This document shows, one piece after another, positions 1-7,618 of a stretch of 18,434 nucleotides of DNA. The position numbers and the translations under genes were made by a program. The number at the start of each line of letters is the position of its first letter. Position 1 is the first letter of the stretch. The stretch spans positions 1-18,434 of the forward strand of contig JAQTNI010000027.1 in NCBI GenBank assembly GCA_028713935.1, read 5' to 3'. The stretch is from Candidatus Iainarchaeum sp. (GTDB taxonomy: Archaea > Iainarchaeota > Iainarchaeia > Iainarchaeales > GCA-2688035). Below the pieces are notes generated by a model. The model did no database searches. It was not told where the DNA came from and saw only the letters and a program-made list of their open reading frames with translations.

Positions 1-124
1 TTGCCCGCCGCGCGCGATGGCAAGATAATGATAAAATCAAAATTAACAGATATTGCCGCTGTATCTGCGGGCACAAAGGTGCCACAACGCAGAATTAGCG
101 GCTCTTAACAGTAATGGATTGACT

Positions 125-149
125 TAAACTTTCTTTTTAAGAAAGTTTA
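125..149. terminator. Perfect 11-bp inverted-repeat hairpin (TAAACTTTCTT / AAGAAAGTTTA, 3-nt TTT loop)
   Basis: Read directly from the sequence. It lies between the GC-rich left edge and the 11-nt tRNA-end repeat. It could act as a bidirectional terminator-like structure. No function is proven. Confidence 0.35.
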
Positions 150-159
150 GCGGGGTGAG
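149..159 (-). repeat. 11-nt direct copy (AGCGGGGTGAG on +) of the tRNA-Cys 3' end; candidate distal att half-site
   Basis: Identical to 10109-10119, which covers the discriminator, the 3' acceptor strand and the first 3 nt of the T-stem of the minus-strand tRNA. Same orientation. It is G/C-rich in AT-rich DNA. Confidence 0.35.
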
Positions 160-270
160 AAATAAGCCCTGACGAGTTCAAATACCTTGTAACCAATATG
201 TTTAACCTTGCGAAACAGATTTTTTAAAGCTTGTGCTGGCCATAGCTTTGCGCCTCCAATCTGAAAATCA

Positions 271-879
271 GTGACTTTTAAAGCCAAGCTGTTGTTATTT
301 AAGCTTTTTAACCAAAATAATATCGTGAATCGCTTGTCAAAAATAAGGTATCCAAAATTTTTGTTGCTGATTCTGACTTTTATAATTGCCTATATTTTGT
401 TTAGTGGCAGAAATTTGTTGTTTTTGCAACAGGCCTTGCTCGCTTTAAATTATTTGGGGAGTTTTTTTGCTGGAATTTTTTTTGTTTATGGGTTTACTGC
501 TGCTCCGGCAACAGCGATTCTTTTGATTATTGCCAAACAGCAGAATATTGTTGTAAGTTGTCTTGTTGCGGGAATTGGAAGCGTTATTGGAGATTTGATT
601 ATTTTCAAGATTATTAGGCATTCTTTTCAGGATGAAATTGATGAATTGTCAAGAGAAGAAATTTCTCTTCAAATTGAAAAAAGTATTCCAGGTTTTTTGA
701 AAAAGTATTTGGCAGTAATTTTTGCCGGGTTAATAATTGCTTCGCCTCTTCCAGATGAGATTGGTGTTTCCTTGTTGGCCATGGCAACAAAAATTTCACA
801 GAAAAAGTTTATTGTTTTGTCTTATGTTCTGAACACAATTGGAATTTTTGTTATTCTGCTGATTGGTTCTGGAATATGA
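271..879 (+). CDS. DedA/YqaA-like (VTT-domain) integral membrane protein
   Basis: 202-aa GTG-start ORF with multiple hydrophobic segments. GSVIGDLIIF and ASPLPDEIGV motifs resemble the DedA/COG1238 family. Its architecture is similar to 16104-16595. Confidence 0.55.
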   Translation: MTFKAKLLLFKLFNQNNIVNRLSKIRYPKFLLLILTFIIAYILFSGRNLLFLQQALLALNYLGSFFAGIFFVYGFTAAPATAILLIIAKQQNIVVSCLVAGIGSVIGDLIIFKIIRHSFQDEIDELSREEISLQIEKSIPGFLKKYLAVIFAGLIIASPLPDEIGVSLLAMATKISQKKFIVLSYVLNTIGIFVILLIGSGI

Positions 880-891
880 CTGTTTTTTCTG

Positions 892-3330
892 TTAAGGGTT
901 TTGTTCAAATATTTTGTAGAACCTAGTTTTGAGGAAGTCTGTAATAAGGAAAGAACTTATGGCAAGTGCCCATACTATTGCTGCAAGGTTCCAGCCTATT
1001 GGTGCGAGCAATATTCCGTAAACTGCGATTATTGTGGCAATTGTTTGTGTTCCGAGAACAGCTGCTAATAAGATTTTTGAGGGTTTTACTGTCCAGAATC
1101 CTTTTTTTGTTCTTGCTGCAAAAATCAAAAAGTGGCCTGCAATTGAAAGTTTTAGGTAAATGAAAGTTTGAAGTGTTGCTAAGGGCAGTTTCAATATTTC
1201 CAGGCCAATGTATAACACTGTGAATGAAGTGAAAACCCCGATTATTCCCAAAAAAGTTGCTACCCCCAAAAGAGACTGCATATTCCATCTTTCTGGCTTG
1301 TCAGAATATTTTACATTGTCATAGGCAATTGTCATTATTGAAACATCATTTAGAATTGCTAAAAGAACGATTATTACTGCTGAAACTGGATAAAAATTAA
1401 ACACGATTATTGAGAGGCTAACAAAAATTAGTATTCTTATTGTTTCTGCAATCCTGTAAATTGCATAATTTGTCATTCTTTGAAAAATTTTTCTGCTTTC
1501 TTTTATAGAATCAATTATTGTTGATAATCCTTGTTGTGCAAAAACAATGTCTGCAACTGATTTTGCTGCGTCTGTTGCATTAATAACTGCAATTCCTGCG
1601 TCTGCTTTTCTTAATGCGGGGGCATCGTTTACTCCGTCTCCTGTCATTCCAATAATGTGGTTTTTTGCCTGTAAAATTTCGACTATTTGGAATTTGTTTT
1701 CTGGATAAACTTCTGCAAAACCGTCAGAATTTTCAATTATTTCTGTTTTTTCGCTTTCAGAAAGGTTTATGAAAGAGGATGCCTGCACAATGTTTGTTCC
1801 AAGCCCTACTTGTTTTGCTGTTTCTTTTGCAATTGCAATATGGTCTCCGGTAATCATTTTTACATTGATTCCCATTGATTGTGCGGTTTGGATTGTTTCT
1901 TTTGAATCAATTCTTGGAGGGTCATACAAAGCGATTAACCCGCATATTTCCCAATTGCTTTTTCCACTTTTTTTTGCAACACCAAGCGCCCTATAACCTT
2001 TTTTTGCAAATTCTTCGACAAAATTCATTATTTTATTGTTATTTTTGTTTTCTTGCACAAGTGCCAGAATGCTTTGGGGAGCTCCTTTTGCAATAATGAT
2101 TTTTTTGCCCTTGTTGTCTTCAAAGATTGCTTCGCTTTTTTTTGTTATCGGGTCAAAAGAGCGGAATTCAACAAGCTTGAGTTTGCTTGTTTCCAAAAAA
2201 ATATTTTCTCTCTCTGCTTTTTCAATAATTGCATTGTCTATTGGGTCATTATCTTCTTTTTTTGACGCAAGAACCCCTGAGAAAAGAACGTCTTTTTCAG
2301 AAAAACCATTAAATCCAATTATTTCTGCAACTGACAACTGGTTTTTTGTAATTGTGCCTGTTTTGTCGGAGCATAATATGTCAATGCCTGCGAGTTCTTC
2401 TATTGCTGCAAGTTTGCTTACTATTGCCCCTTTTTTTGCAAGTGCAATAGCGCCAACTGCAAGAGTTACTGATAAAACAGCTGGCAACGCAACAGGGATG
2501 GATGCGACAACAAGAATGAGGGAAAATTGCAAAATTTCAAGGATATTTTCATGCCTGAACAGGGAAACAAGAAAAACAATTGCAACAAGAACCAATGCAA
2601 AAATAGTTAAAAAATTTCCTATTTTTACAATTGCTTCTTGAAGGTGGCTTGGTGCTTTTGCAGCTTGGATTAGTTTTGCAGTGTGGCCAAAAAAAGTGTT
2701 CATTCCAGTTGAAACGATTATTCCTGTTAGTTCGCCGTGGTTTACAATAGAACCTTCGAAAATAATGTCTGAAACGTGTTTTTCAACTGGCAGTGATTCT
2801 CCTGTCAAGGAAGATTCGTCAGCAAGAACATAGTCTTCTTCAATTATTTTTACATCTGCAGGAACAAAATTTCCTATTCGCAATCTTGCGATATCCCCTG
2901 GCACTAATTCTTTTGAATCAACCGAAATCCAGTTATTGTCCCTTAAAACCATTGCTTTCTGAACAAGTCTTTGTTTTAATGCTTCAATTGCATGGTCTGC
3001 TTTGCGTTCCTCCCAAAAGCTAACTCCTACGTTCAAAAAAAGCAATGCAAGAATAATCCAAAAATCGTCCCATTGGCTTACAAGTGCCGATAAAATAAGT
3101 GCAATTTCAATCATCCAGGGAATAGGCCCCCAAAAGTAAAACCCAAATTTCAAAAAAAGATTCGACTTTTTTTCAACAATTTCGTTTTTTCCGAATTGCT
3201 CAAGTCTTTTTTTTGCGTCTTCCGAAGAAAGCCCGGTTTTGCTTGAAAAAATTTTTTGAAAAATCTCTTCCAGAGAAAGATTTTTTGCATCCGAAGTAGT
3301 CAAAACAGAATTGTCCATAAACAAAGCCAT
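892..3330 (-). CDS. P-type ATPase, plasma-membrane H+-ATPase-like (P3A type)
   Basis: 812 aa. It has the LTGESLPV actuator motif, the CSDKTGTITKNQL phosphorylation site, MITGDHIAIAKETAKQVGLG and the GMTGDGVNDAPALRKADAGIAV hinge. The N-terminus LSSEDAKKRLEQFGKNEI is typical of P3A pumps. Confidence 0.9.
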   Translation of the reverse strand: MALFMDNSVLTTSDAKNLSLEEIFQKIFSSKTGLSSEDAKKRLEQFGKNEIVEKKSNLFLKFGFYFWGPIPWMIEIALILSALVSQWDDFWIILALLFLNVGVSFWEERKADHAIEALKQRLVQKAMVLRDNNWISVDSKELVPGDIARLRIGNFVPADVKIIEEDYVLADESSLTGESLPVEKHVSDIIFEGSIVNHGELTGIIVSTGMNTFFGHTAKLIQAAKAPSHLQEAIVKIGNFLTIFALVLVAIVFLVSLFRHENILEILQFSLILVVASIPVALPAVLSVTLAVGAIALAKKGAIVSKLAAIEELAGIDILCSDKTGTITKNQLSVAEIIGFNGFSEKDVLFSGVLASKKEDNDPIDNAIIEKAERENIFLETSKLKLVEFRSFDPITKKSEAIFEDNKGKKIIIAKGAPQSILALVQENKNNNKIMNFVEEFAKKGYRALGVAKKSGKSNWEICGLIALYDPPRIDSKETIQTAQSMGINVKMITGDHIAIAKETAKQVGLGTNIVQASSFINLSESEKTEIIENSDGFAEVYPENKFQIVEILQAKNHIIGMTGDGVNDAPALRKADAGIAVINATDAAKSVADIVFAQQGLSTIIDSIKESRKIFQRMTNYAIYRIAETIRILIFVSLSIIVFNFYPVSAVIIVLLAILNDVSIMTIAYDNVKYSDKPERWNMQSLLGVATFLGIIGVFTSFTVLYIGLEILKLPLATLQTFIYLKLSIAGHFLIFAARTKKGFWTVKPSKILLAAVLGTQTIATIIAVYGILLAPIGWNLAAIVWALAISSFLITDFLKTRFYKIFEQNP

Positions 3331-3435
3331 AATTCTTATCTAAAATCAAGCATATTATTTTTTCCACAAGCTGAGCTTTACCCGTCAAGTCTGTCTTGCC
3401 TGCAAAATCGGCTCAAATATACGCCCTAGCTCTTT

Positions 3436-4026
3436 TCAGCAAATAATTTTTCTGAACTTTCGTTTGGAACCAGTTATTGTAATCTCAAAAATAGAAGTAT
3501 TCTCAACTATTGTTTCAAGCGCCTTCTTTTGTCTCCAACCTAAGATTAGTTTCAACAAAATAATTGTTGTGCCAGAGTGGCTTACTATTAAAAAGTTTTT
3601 AAATTTAAAAGAAAGAATTTTTTTAAGAACGAGCTTTAGGCGTTTTTCCAAATCTGAAAAAGATTCTCCTTTCTGGGGCCTTGTTCTGAAATGGTTTTTG
3701 CGCCATTTTTTTTCAAGCAAAGCATTTTTGCCCGTTAATTCTGAAGGTTTTTTTCCTTCCCAATCACCAAATTTTCCCTCACGCAAACCTTTTTCTTTGA
3801 ACAATTTTGGCTTTGGAGAAATTTTTTTTGCAACAATGTGTGCAGTAACCGATGCTCTTGAAAGGTCGCTGAAAAAGATTGCTTGAATGTTTTTTTTTGA
3901 AAAAAAATTTGCAATGCTTTCTGCTTGTTGTTTTCCTAACTTTGTCAGCCGCGTGTTGCCCTGCCCAGAAAACCTGTATTGAGCATTAAAAATGCTTTGG
4001 CCGTGCCGTGCCAAAAAAATTTTCAT
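3436..4026 (-). CDS. Histidine-phosphatase superfamily protein (phosphoglycerate-mutase-like); candidate glycosyl-3-phosphoglycerate phosphatase
   Basis: 196 aa. It has the RHG motif (LARHGQS) at the N-terminus and a second catalytic His in IVSHSG. It starts 4 nt after the stop of the GT81-like gene on the same strand. Confidence 0.8.
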   Translation of the reverse strand: MKIFLARHGQSIFNAQYRFSGQGNTRLTKLGKQQAESIANFFSKKNIQAIFFSDLSRASVTAHIVAKKISPKPKLFKEKGLREGKFGDWEGKKPSELTGKNALLEKKWRKNHFRTRPQKGESFSDLEKRLKLVLKKILSFKFKNFLIVSHSGTTIILLKLILGWRQKKALETIVENTSIFEITITGSKRKFRKIIC

Positions 4027-4030
4027 GCTA

Positions 4031-5167
4031 TCACTCGGATTTTTCCTCTATTAACAGCAATTCTGAAAGGTCTTGGATTGTTTTGTCAGCAATTTTTTCA
4101 AGGCCTGATTTGCCAAAAGCAATGCCAAGCGCACCTGCTTTCAAAAGAATTTCTTCTTTTGGAATTGTTCCCACAATTGCGGTATCTTCAAGCGAAAAAC
4201 CATTTTTTTTCAGTGTTTTTTTTACTCTTGATAATAGTTTGTGTTCTGGAACATTTGCATTCAAAAAGCTGTGGCAGCCAATTTGTTTTGCTTTTTCTTT
4301 TGCATTGTTGCTATAGCCAAGCATTATTATTTTTGCTTTTCTTTTTTTCAATCTGCTAATTACTTCTAATGCGTTTTTGCGAAGTTTAGAATTGGAAAAC
4401 AAAGCATTTTCTGAAAAAACAATTGCTTTGAAAAATTGCATTGTTAAACCGGATTTTTTTAGCATTGTTTCAAGCACTTGTTTTGACATTTCTGCAACCT
4501 CTTCATTGGAATGACCTCTGTGGACTATTGTTCCAATATCCACTTCAACAATTTTTTGACCCGCTTTTACCGCATCGAGCAAAATAGCAATGTCAATTCC
4601 ATATCTGTCCTCTATTGTAAGGCCTGACAAAAAAGATTTTTTTCCTGCAAACTGCCCGGAAATTGGCTGGCTGAACTCAAGTTTGGGATAAAGAATTTTT
4701 ATCATTGGCTTTACTGCAAATTCTGTAACTCTTCCTCTCGCCCTTGAAAAAGTTGATTTTGTGAACTCTGCCTTATTCTCCAGTATTGGCATTATAAGTT
4801 TTCTTATTTTTTCAGTGTCGATGTTTTGTAAGTCAGCATCAAGGAAAAGAATTATTTCGTTGGAAGAGTTTTCAATGCCTGTTTTTACTGCTTTTCCTTT
4901 TCCAAGATTTTTTTCATGTCGAATTATTTTTACATTAAGCCTTTTTAAGGATTCAATTGTTTTGTCAGTACTGCCATCATCAACAACGATTACTTCTGAA
5001 ACAAAATAACTGCCAAGGGCTGTTTTTGCAACTTTCCTAATTGTTTTTGCTTCGTTAAATGCGGGTATTATTATTGTTGCCTTGCGCGGGGCAAAAGACC
5101 ATAAAAATTTTCCAAACCCGCGGAGAGGATATTCAATTATTTTTGCAATAAAATCTGTTAAAGTCAT
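4031..5167 (-). CDS. GT81-like glucosyl/mannosyl-3-phosphoglycerate synthase fused to a degenerate HAD-like C-terminal domain
   Basis: 378 aa. IIIPAFNE, VVDDGSTD, GKGKA, LDADL and the block RGRVTEFAVKPMI...QPISGQFAG...YGIDIAILLD...HR...MSKQV match my recollection of the GpgS family (for example the Rv1208 type). The C-terminal ~130 aa look HAD-like but read AIVFSENAL and IVGTIPKEE where DxDxT and GDxxxD are expected. Confidence 0.75.
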   Translation of the reverse strand: MTLTDFIAKIIEYPLRGFGKFLWSFAPRKATIIIPAFNEAKTIRKVAKTALGSYFVSEVIVVDDGSTDKTIESLKRLNVKIIRHEKNLGKGKAVKTGIENSSNEIILFLDADLQNIDTEKIRKLIMPILENKAEFTKSTFSRARGRVTEFAVKPMIKILYPKLEFSQPISGQFAGKKSFLSGLTIEDRYGIDIAILLDAVKAGQKIVEVDIGTIVHRGHSNEEVAEMSKQVLETMLKKSGLTMQFFKAIVFSENALFSNSKLRKNALEVISRLKKRKAKIIMLGYSNNAKEKAKQIGCHSFLNANVPEHKLLSRVKKTLKKNGFSLEDTAIVGTIPKEEILLKAGALGIAFGKSGLEKIADKTIQDLSELLLIEEKSE

Positions 5168-5179
5168 GAGAGAGCCTTT

Positions 5180-6322
5180 TTATTTTAGTATTTTGTATGT
5201 CAGGTATGCAAATTCCACCCCGATTTTTTCTAATTCTTTTTTTATTCCAAGGTTTATTTTTTGCTGGGTGTCCATATATTCATTGTAATTATTGGAGTCT
5301 AAAAAATAGACTGTTTCAAATTTTAAGGCATAGTCTCCAAATTCTTTGAAGTGTATTCTATCAACACGGGTTTTTTCCTGGTTTTCAATTATTTTTTTTA
5401 CAATTTGCGGAATTTTTTCAATTTTTTTTGTTGGTGTTTCATATGCCACCCCAAATCCAAATTGCACTCTTCGGTAATCCATTTTTTTGAAATTGTGAAT
5501 TTTTGAAGAGGTTAACTCCTGATTTGAGATTATTAGTTCTTCGCCGCGCAGGCTCTTAAGGCGGGTTGACCTTATGCCTATTTTTTCCACTACCCCCATT
5601 TCTTCTCCAATGATTAAAAAATCGCCTTCTGCGAACGGCTTGTCGAAATAAATTGCAAAAAAATTTAAAACATCCTGGAGAATATGCTGTAATGCAAGTG
5701 CAATTGCTATTCCTCCAATTCCAAGACCGGCTATCAATGGGGTTATTTCAACGCCGATGTTTGCAAGAAAAATCAGTGCTGCAAAAAGCCATAATATGAG
5801 TTTTGCAAAAATAGCGAGGTAATGCATTGCTTTTGGCTGGTTTGAAACATCCTCGCCATTTTTTGCTCTTTGTTTTTCATATTCTTTTACAAAAAAGTCA
5901 ATCAGGTTTTGTAAAGCGCGGACAGCATAATATAATGCGCCTATCAGCAACAAATAGTACGAGGCGTCTTGAATTATTTTCGGTGTTTCCAAAACTTGGA
6001 TTGAAAAATAAAAAGCAATTATTGCATAAAAAGGAAACTTGATTGAATTAATCATTTCAATTAGGGCATCATCGTATTCGGTTTTTGTTTTCAAAGCCAT
6101 TTTCTTTAGAATCCGAAGAAGATATTTTTTGAAAACAAAAGCTATTGCCATTAGAACCAAAAAAACAGTTATAAAAAACAAGTATTGGGCAAAAGTGTTT
6201 CCAAAAAAACTTATTTCAAGAATTTCACTAATGCTCAAAAAAATCACCTTTGTATTCAACTGGCTGTAAAAAACAAGGAAATTATGAATTTGAATAATAA
6301 AACACTTGATTGGATACAGCAT
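5180..6322 (-). CDS. Small-conductance mechanosensitive channel (MscS family)
   Basis: 380 aa. It has N-terminal TM helices, the pore helix LIAGLGIGGIAIALALQ, and a beta-domain GDFLIIGEEMGVVEKIGIRSTRLKSLRGEELIISN. The true start within the first ~30 codons is uncertain. Confidence 0.85.
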   Translation of the reverse strand: MLYPIKCFIIQIHNFLVFYSQLNTKVIFLSISEILEISFFGNTFAQYLFFITVFLVLMAIAFVFKKYLLRILKKMALKTKTEYDDALIEMINSIKFPFYAIIAFYFSIQVLETPKIIQDASYYLLLIGALYYAVRALQNLIDFFVKEYEKQRAKNGEDVSNQPKAMHYLAIFAKLILWLFAALIFLANIGVEITPLIAGLGIGGIAIALALQHILQDVLNFFAIYFDKPFAEGDFLIIGEEMGVVEKIGIRSTRLKSLRGEELIISNQELTSSKIHNFKKMDYRRVQFGFGVAYETPTKKIEKIPQIVKKIIENQEKTRVDRIHFKEFGDYALKFETVYFLDSNNYNEYMDTQQKINLGIKKELEKIGVEFAYLTYKILK

Positions 6323-6572
6323 AATGAGATTATTAGGACCGAACTCCCACCCTATAATTTATTTCCCGCCACTCTGCTTTATTTTTTTGTATTTAGTCGG
6401 TACAGCCTATCCTTTACTATAATTTTATAATCTAAGCCCAACCACCTCCTGCCTTCCAACTTTGCCTTTTTTTGGAGTGAGAAAGCCAATAAGTTAATTG
6501 TTTTTTGCCACTAATATAATTGATGTTCAAAAAAACAATTAAAAAATTGAAAAGCGCATAAAAAAAGTAAAA

Positions 6573-7319
6573 TTGTCTAAAAAAGATATTTTTTTATGCA
6601 TTTTTGACCAATTCTATTCAATGAATAATCAAAAAATTTCTGTTGCGAATACTGTTAAAGAGCTTATTGAACAAAACCCTTATGTGCGAAACAATCTCAC
6701 AGACGGCCTCATAAATATCTCTGCTTTGGCAAGAAAGCTTGCCCCAGAACTTGAAACAAAGTTTGGCAAAAAAATCAAGGAAGAATCACTGATTGTTGCA
6801 ATAAGAAGATACTCTGACGAAATCAAAGGCAAAAGCATTAAAGAGGATTATGCAAAAATTTTTGCAAATTCCCAGCTTTCAATGCAGGAAAACATGGCTT
6901 ATGCAGTTCTCCAAAGAAACGAAAAAACAATTCTGGCACTTGAAGCAATCGTAAAGGAAACAGACTGGCAGGTTGGAGAATTACGCATAATAATTCAAAG
7001 CTCTCCAAAAATAATTGTCCTATTAAAAAAGCCTCGCTTGGAAAATATGTTGTCGCAAGTTGAAGACTGCATTATAAAAAAAATAAGCGACAAAACACTC
7101 TTGACTTTGCATGCAAAACCAGAAGACATAATTACTTATGGGGTAATTGCAGAGATAGCCGGCTTATTGTCAAAAAAAGGCATTGCAATAGAACCAATCA
7201 GTGTATATTCTGACCTTCATTTCTTGGTTGACGAAAAAAAAGCAGAAGAAGCATACAGCACACTAAAAGAGTTCCTAAACAAAGCAAGGCAACTAACTGA
7301 AGAAAACAACAAAAATTGA
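6573..7319 (+). CDS. ACT-domain protein with an HTH-like N-terminus (putative small-molecule-responsive regulator)
   Basis: The C-terminus VIAEIAGLLSKKGIAIEPISVYSDLHFLVDEKKAEEAY looks like an ACT_7-type domain. The tracked ORF starts at TTG 6573. The ATG at 6621 (MNNQKISV) is the more likely start. Confidence 0.55.
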   Translation: MSKKDIFLCIFDQFYSMNNQKISVANTVKELIEQNPYVRNNLTDGLINISALARKLAPELETKFGKKIKEESLIVAIRRYSDEIKGKSIKEDYAKIFANSQLSMQENMAYAVLQRNEKTILALEAIVKETDWQVGELRIIIQSSPKIIVLLKKPRLENMLSQVEDCIIKKISDKTLLTLHAKPEDIITYGVIAEIAGLLSKKGIAIEPISVYSDLHFLVDEKKAEEAYSTLKEFLNKARQLTEENNKN

Positions 7320-7339
7320 AAAGCAATTTTTTGAAATGC

Positions 7340-7618
7340 TCATTTGAATCTTCTTCTCCACTTTTGCAGCGGCATTGTTTCAATATGAAATTGCCATTGC
7401 AAGAGCTTTATCAAAACCATTGAAATAGCAGTAGTAACAAGCAGCATGAACAATAGCATTCCCCAGTCTCCAGTGCGAAGAAAATACAAGGTAAAATCTC
7501 CACTCCAAAGCCTAAGTTGCAGTGAAATGAAAAGCACTATTGCAAAAGCAATCAAAAAAATTATTATTTTCCATGACCAGGAAATTACTCTCCCTATAAT
7601 TATTGCTGCAGAATTCAT
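7340..7618 (-). CDS. Small membrane protein (92 aa, 2-3 TM), translationally coupled to the antiporter
   Basis: Its ATG overlaps the antiporter TGA in an ATGA overlap at 7615-7618. The profile is hydrophobic. I recognise no family. Confidence 0.5.
   Translation of the reverse strand: MNSAAIIIGRVISWSWKIIIFLIAFAIVLFISLQLRLWSGDFTLYFLRTGDWGMLLFMLLVTTAISMVLIKLLQWQFHIETMPLQKWRRRFK

Noticed and set aside
160-200. A degenerate tRNA 3'-half remnant extending beyond the 11-mer (TTTGAACTC compared with GTTCAACTC).
   Set aside because: The similarity needs an 11-nt gap and is only a few bases. It is not distinguishable from chance.
923-3023. Numerous 60-200-aa ORFs on both strands inside the P-type ATPase gene (for example 923-1288 minus, 2036-2641 plus, 2793-3023 plus).
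   Set aside because: They are shadow ORFs overlapping a strongly supported 812-aa gene. Their translations are low-complexity with no motifs.
3464-4359. Plus-strand ORFs 3464-3886, 3979-4359 and 4008-4316.
   Set aside because: They are antisense to the histidine phosphatase and GT81 genes, which have clear catalytic motifs. Their composition is biased and F/L/S-rich.
6323-6572. Possible small RNA or leader in the 250-nt MscS/ACT divergent region (GGAGGTGG-containing segment on the minus strand, TATAAAATTATA palindrome).
   Set aside because: I could fold no convincing conserved structure, box motifs or ORF by eye. It is most simply two divergent promoters.
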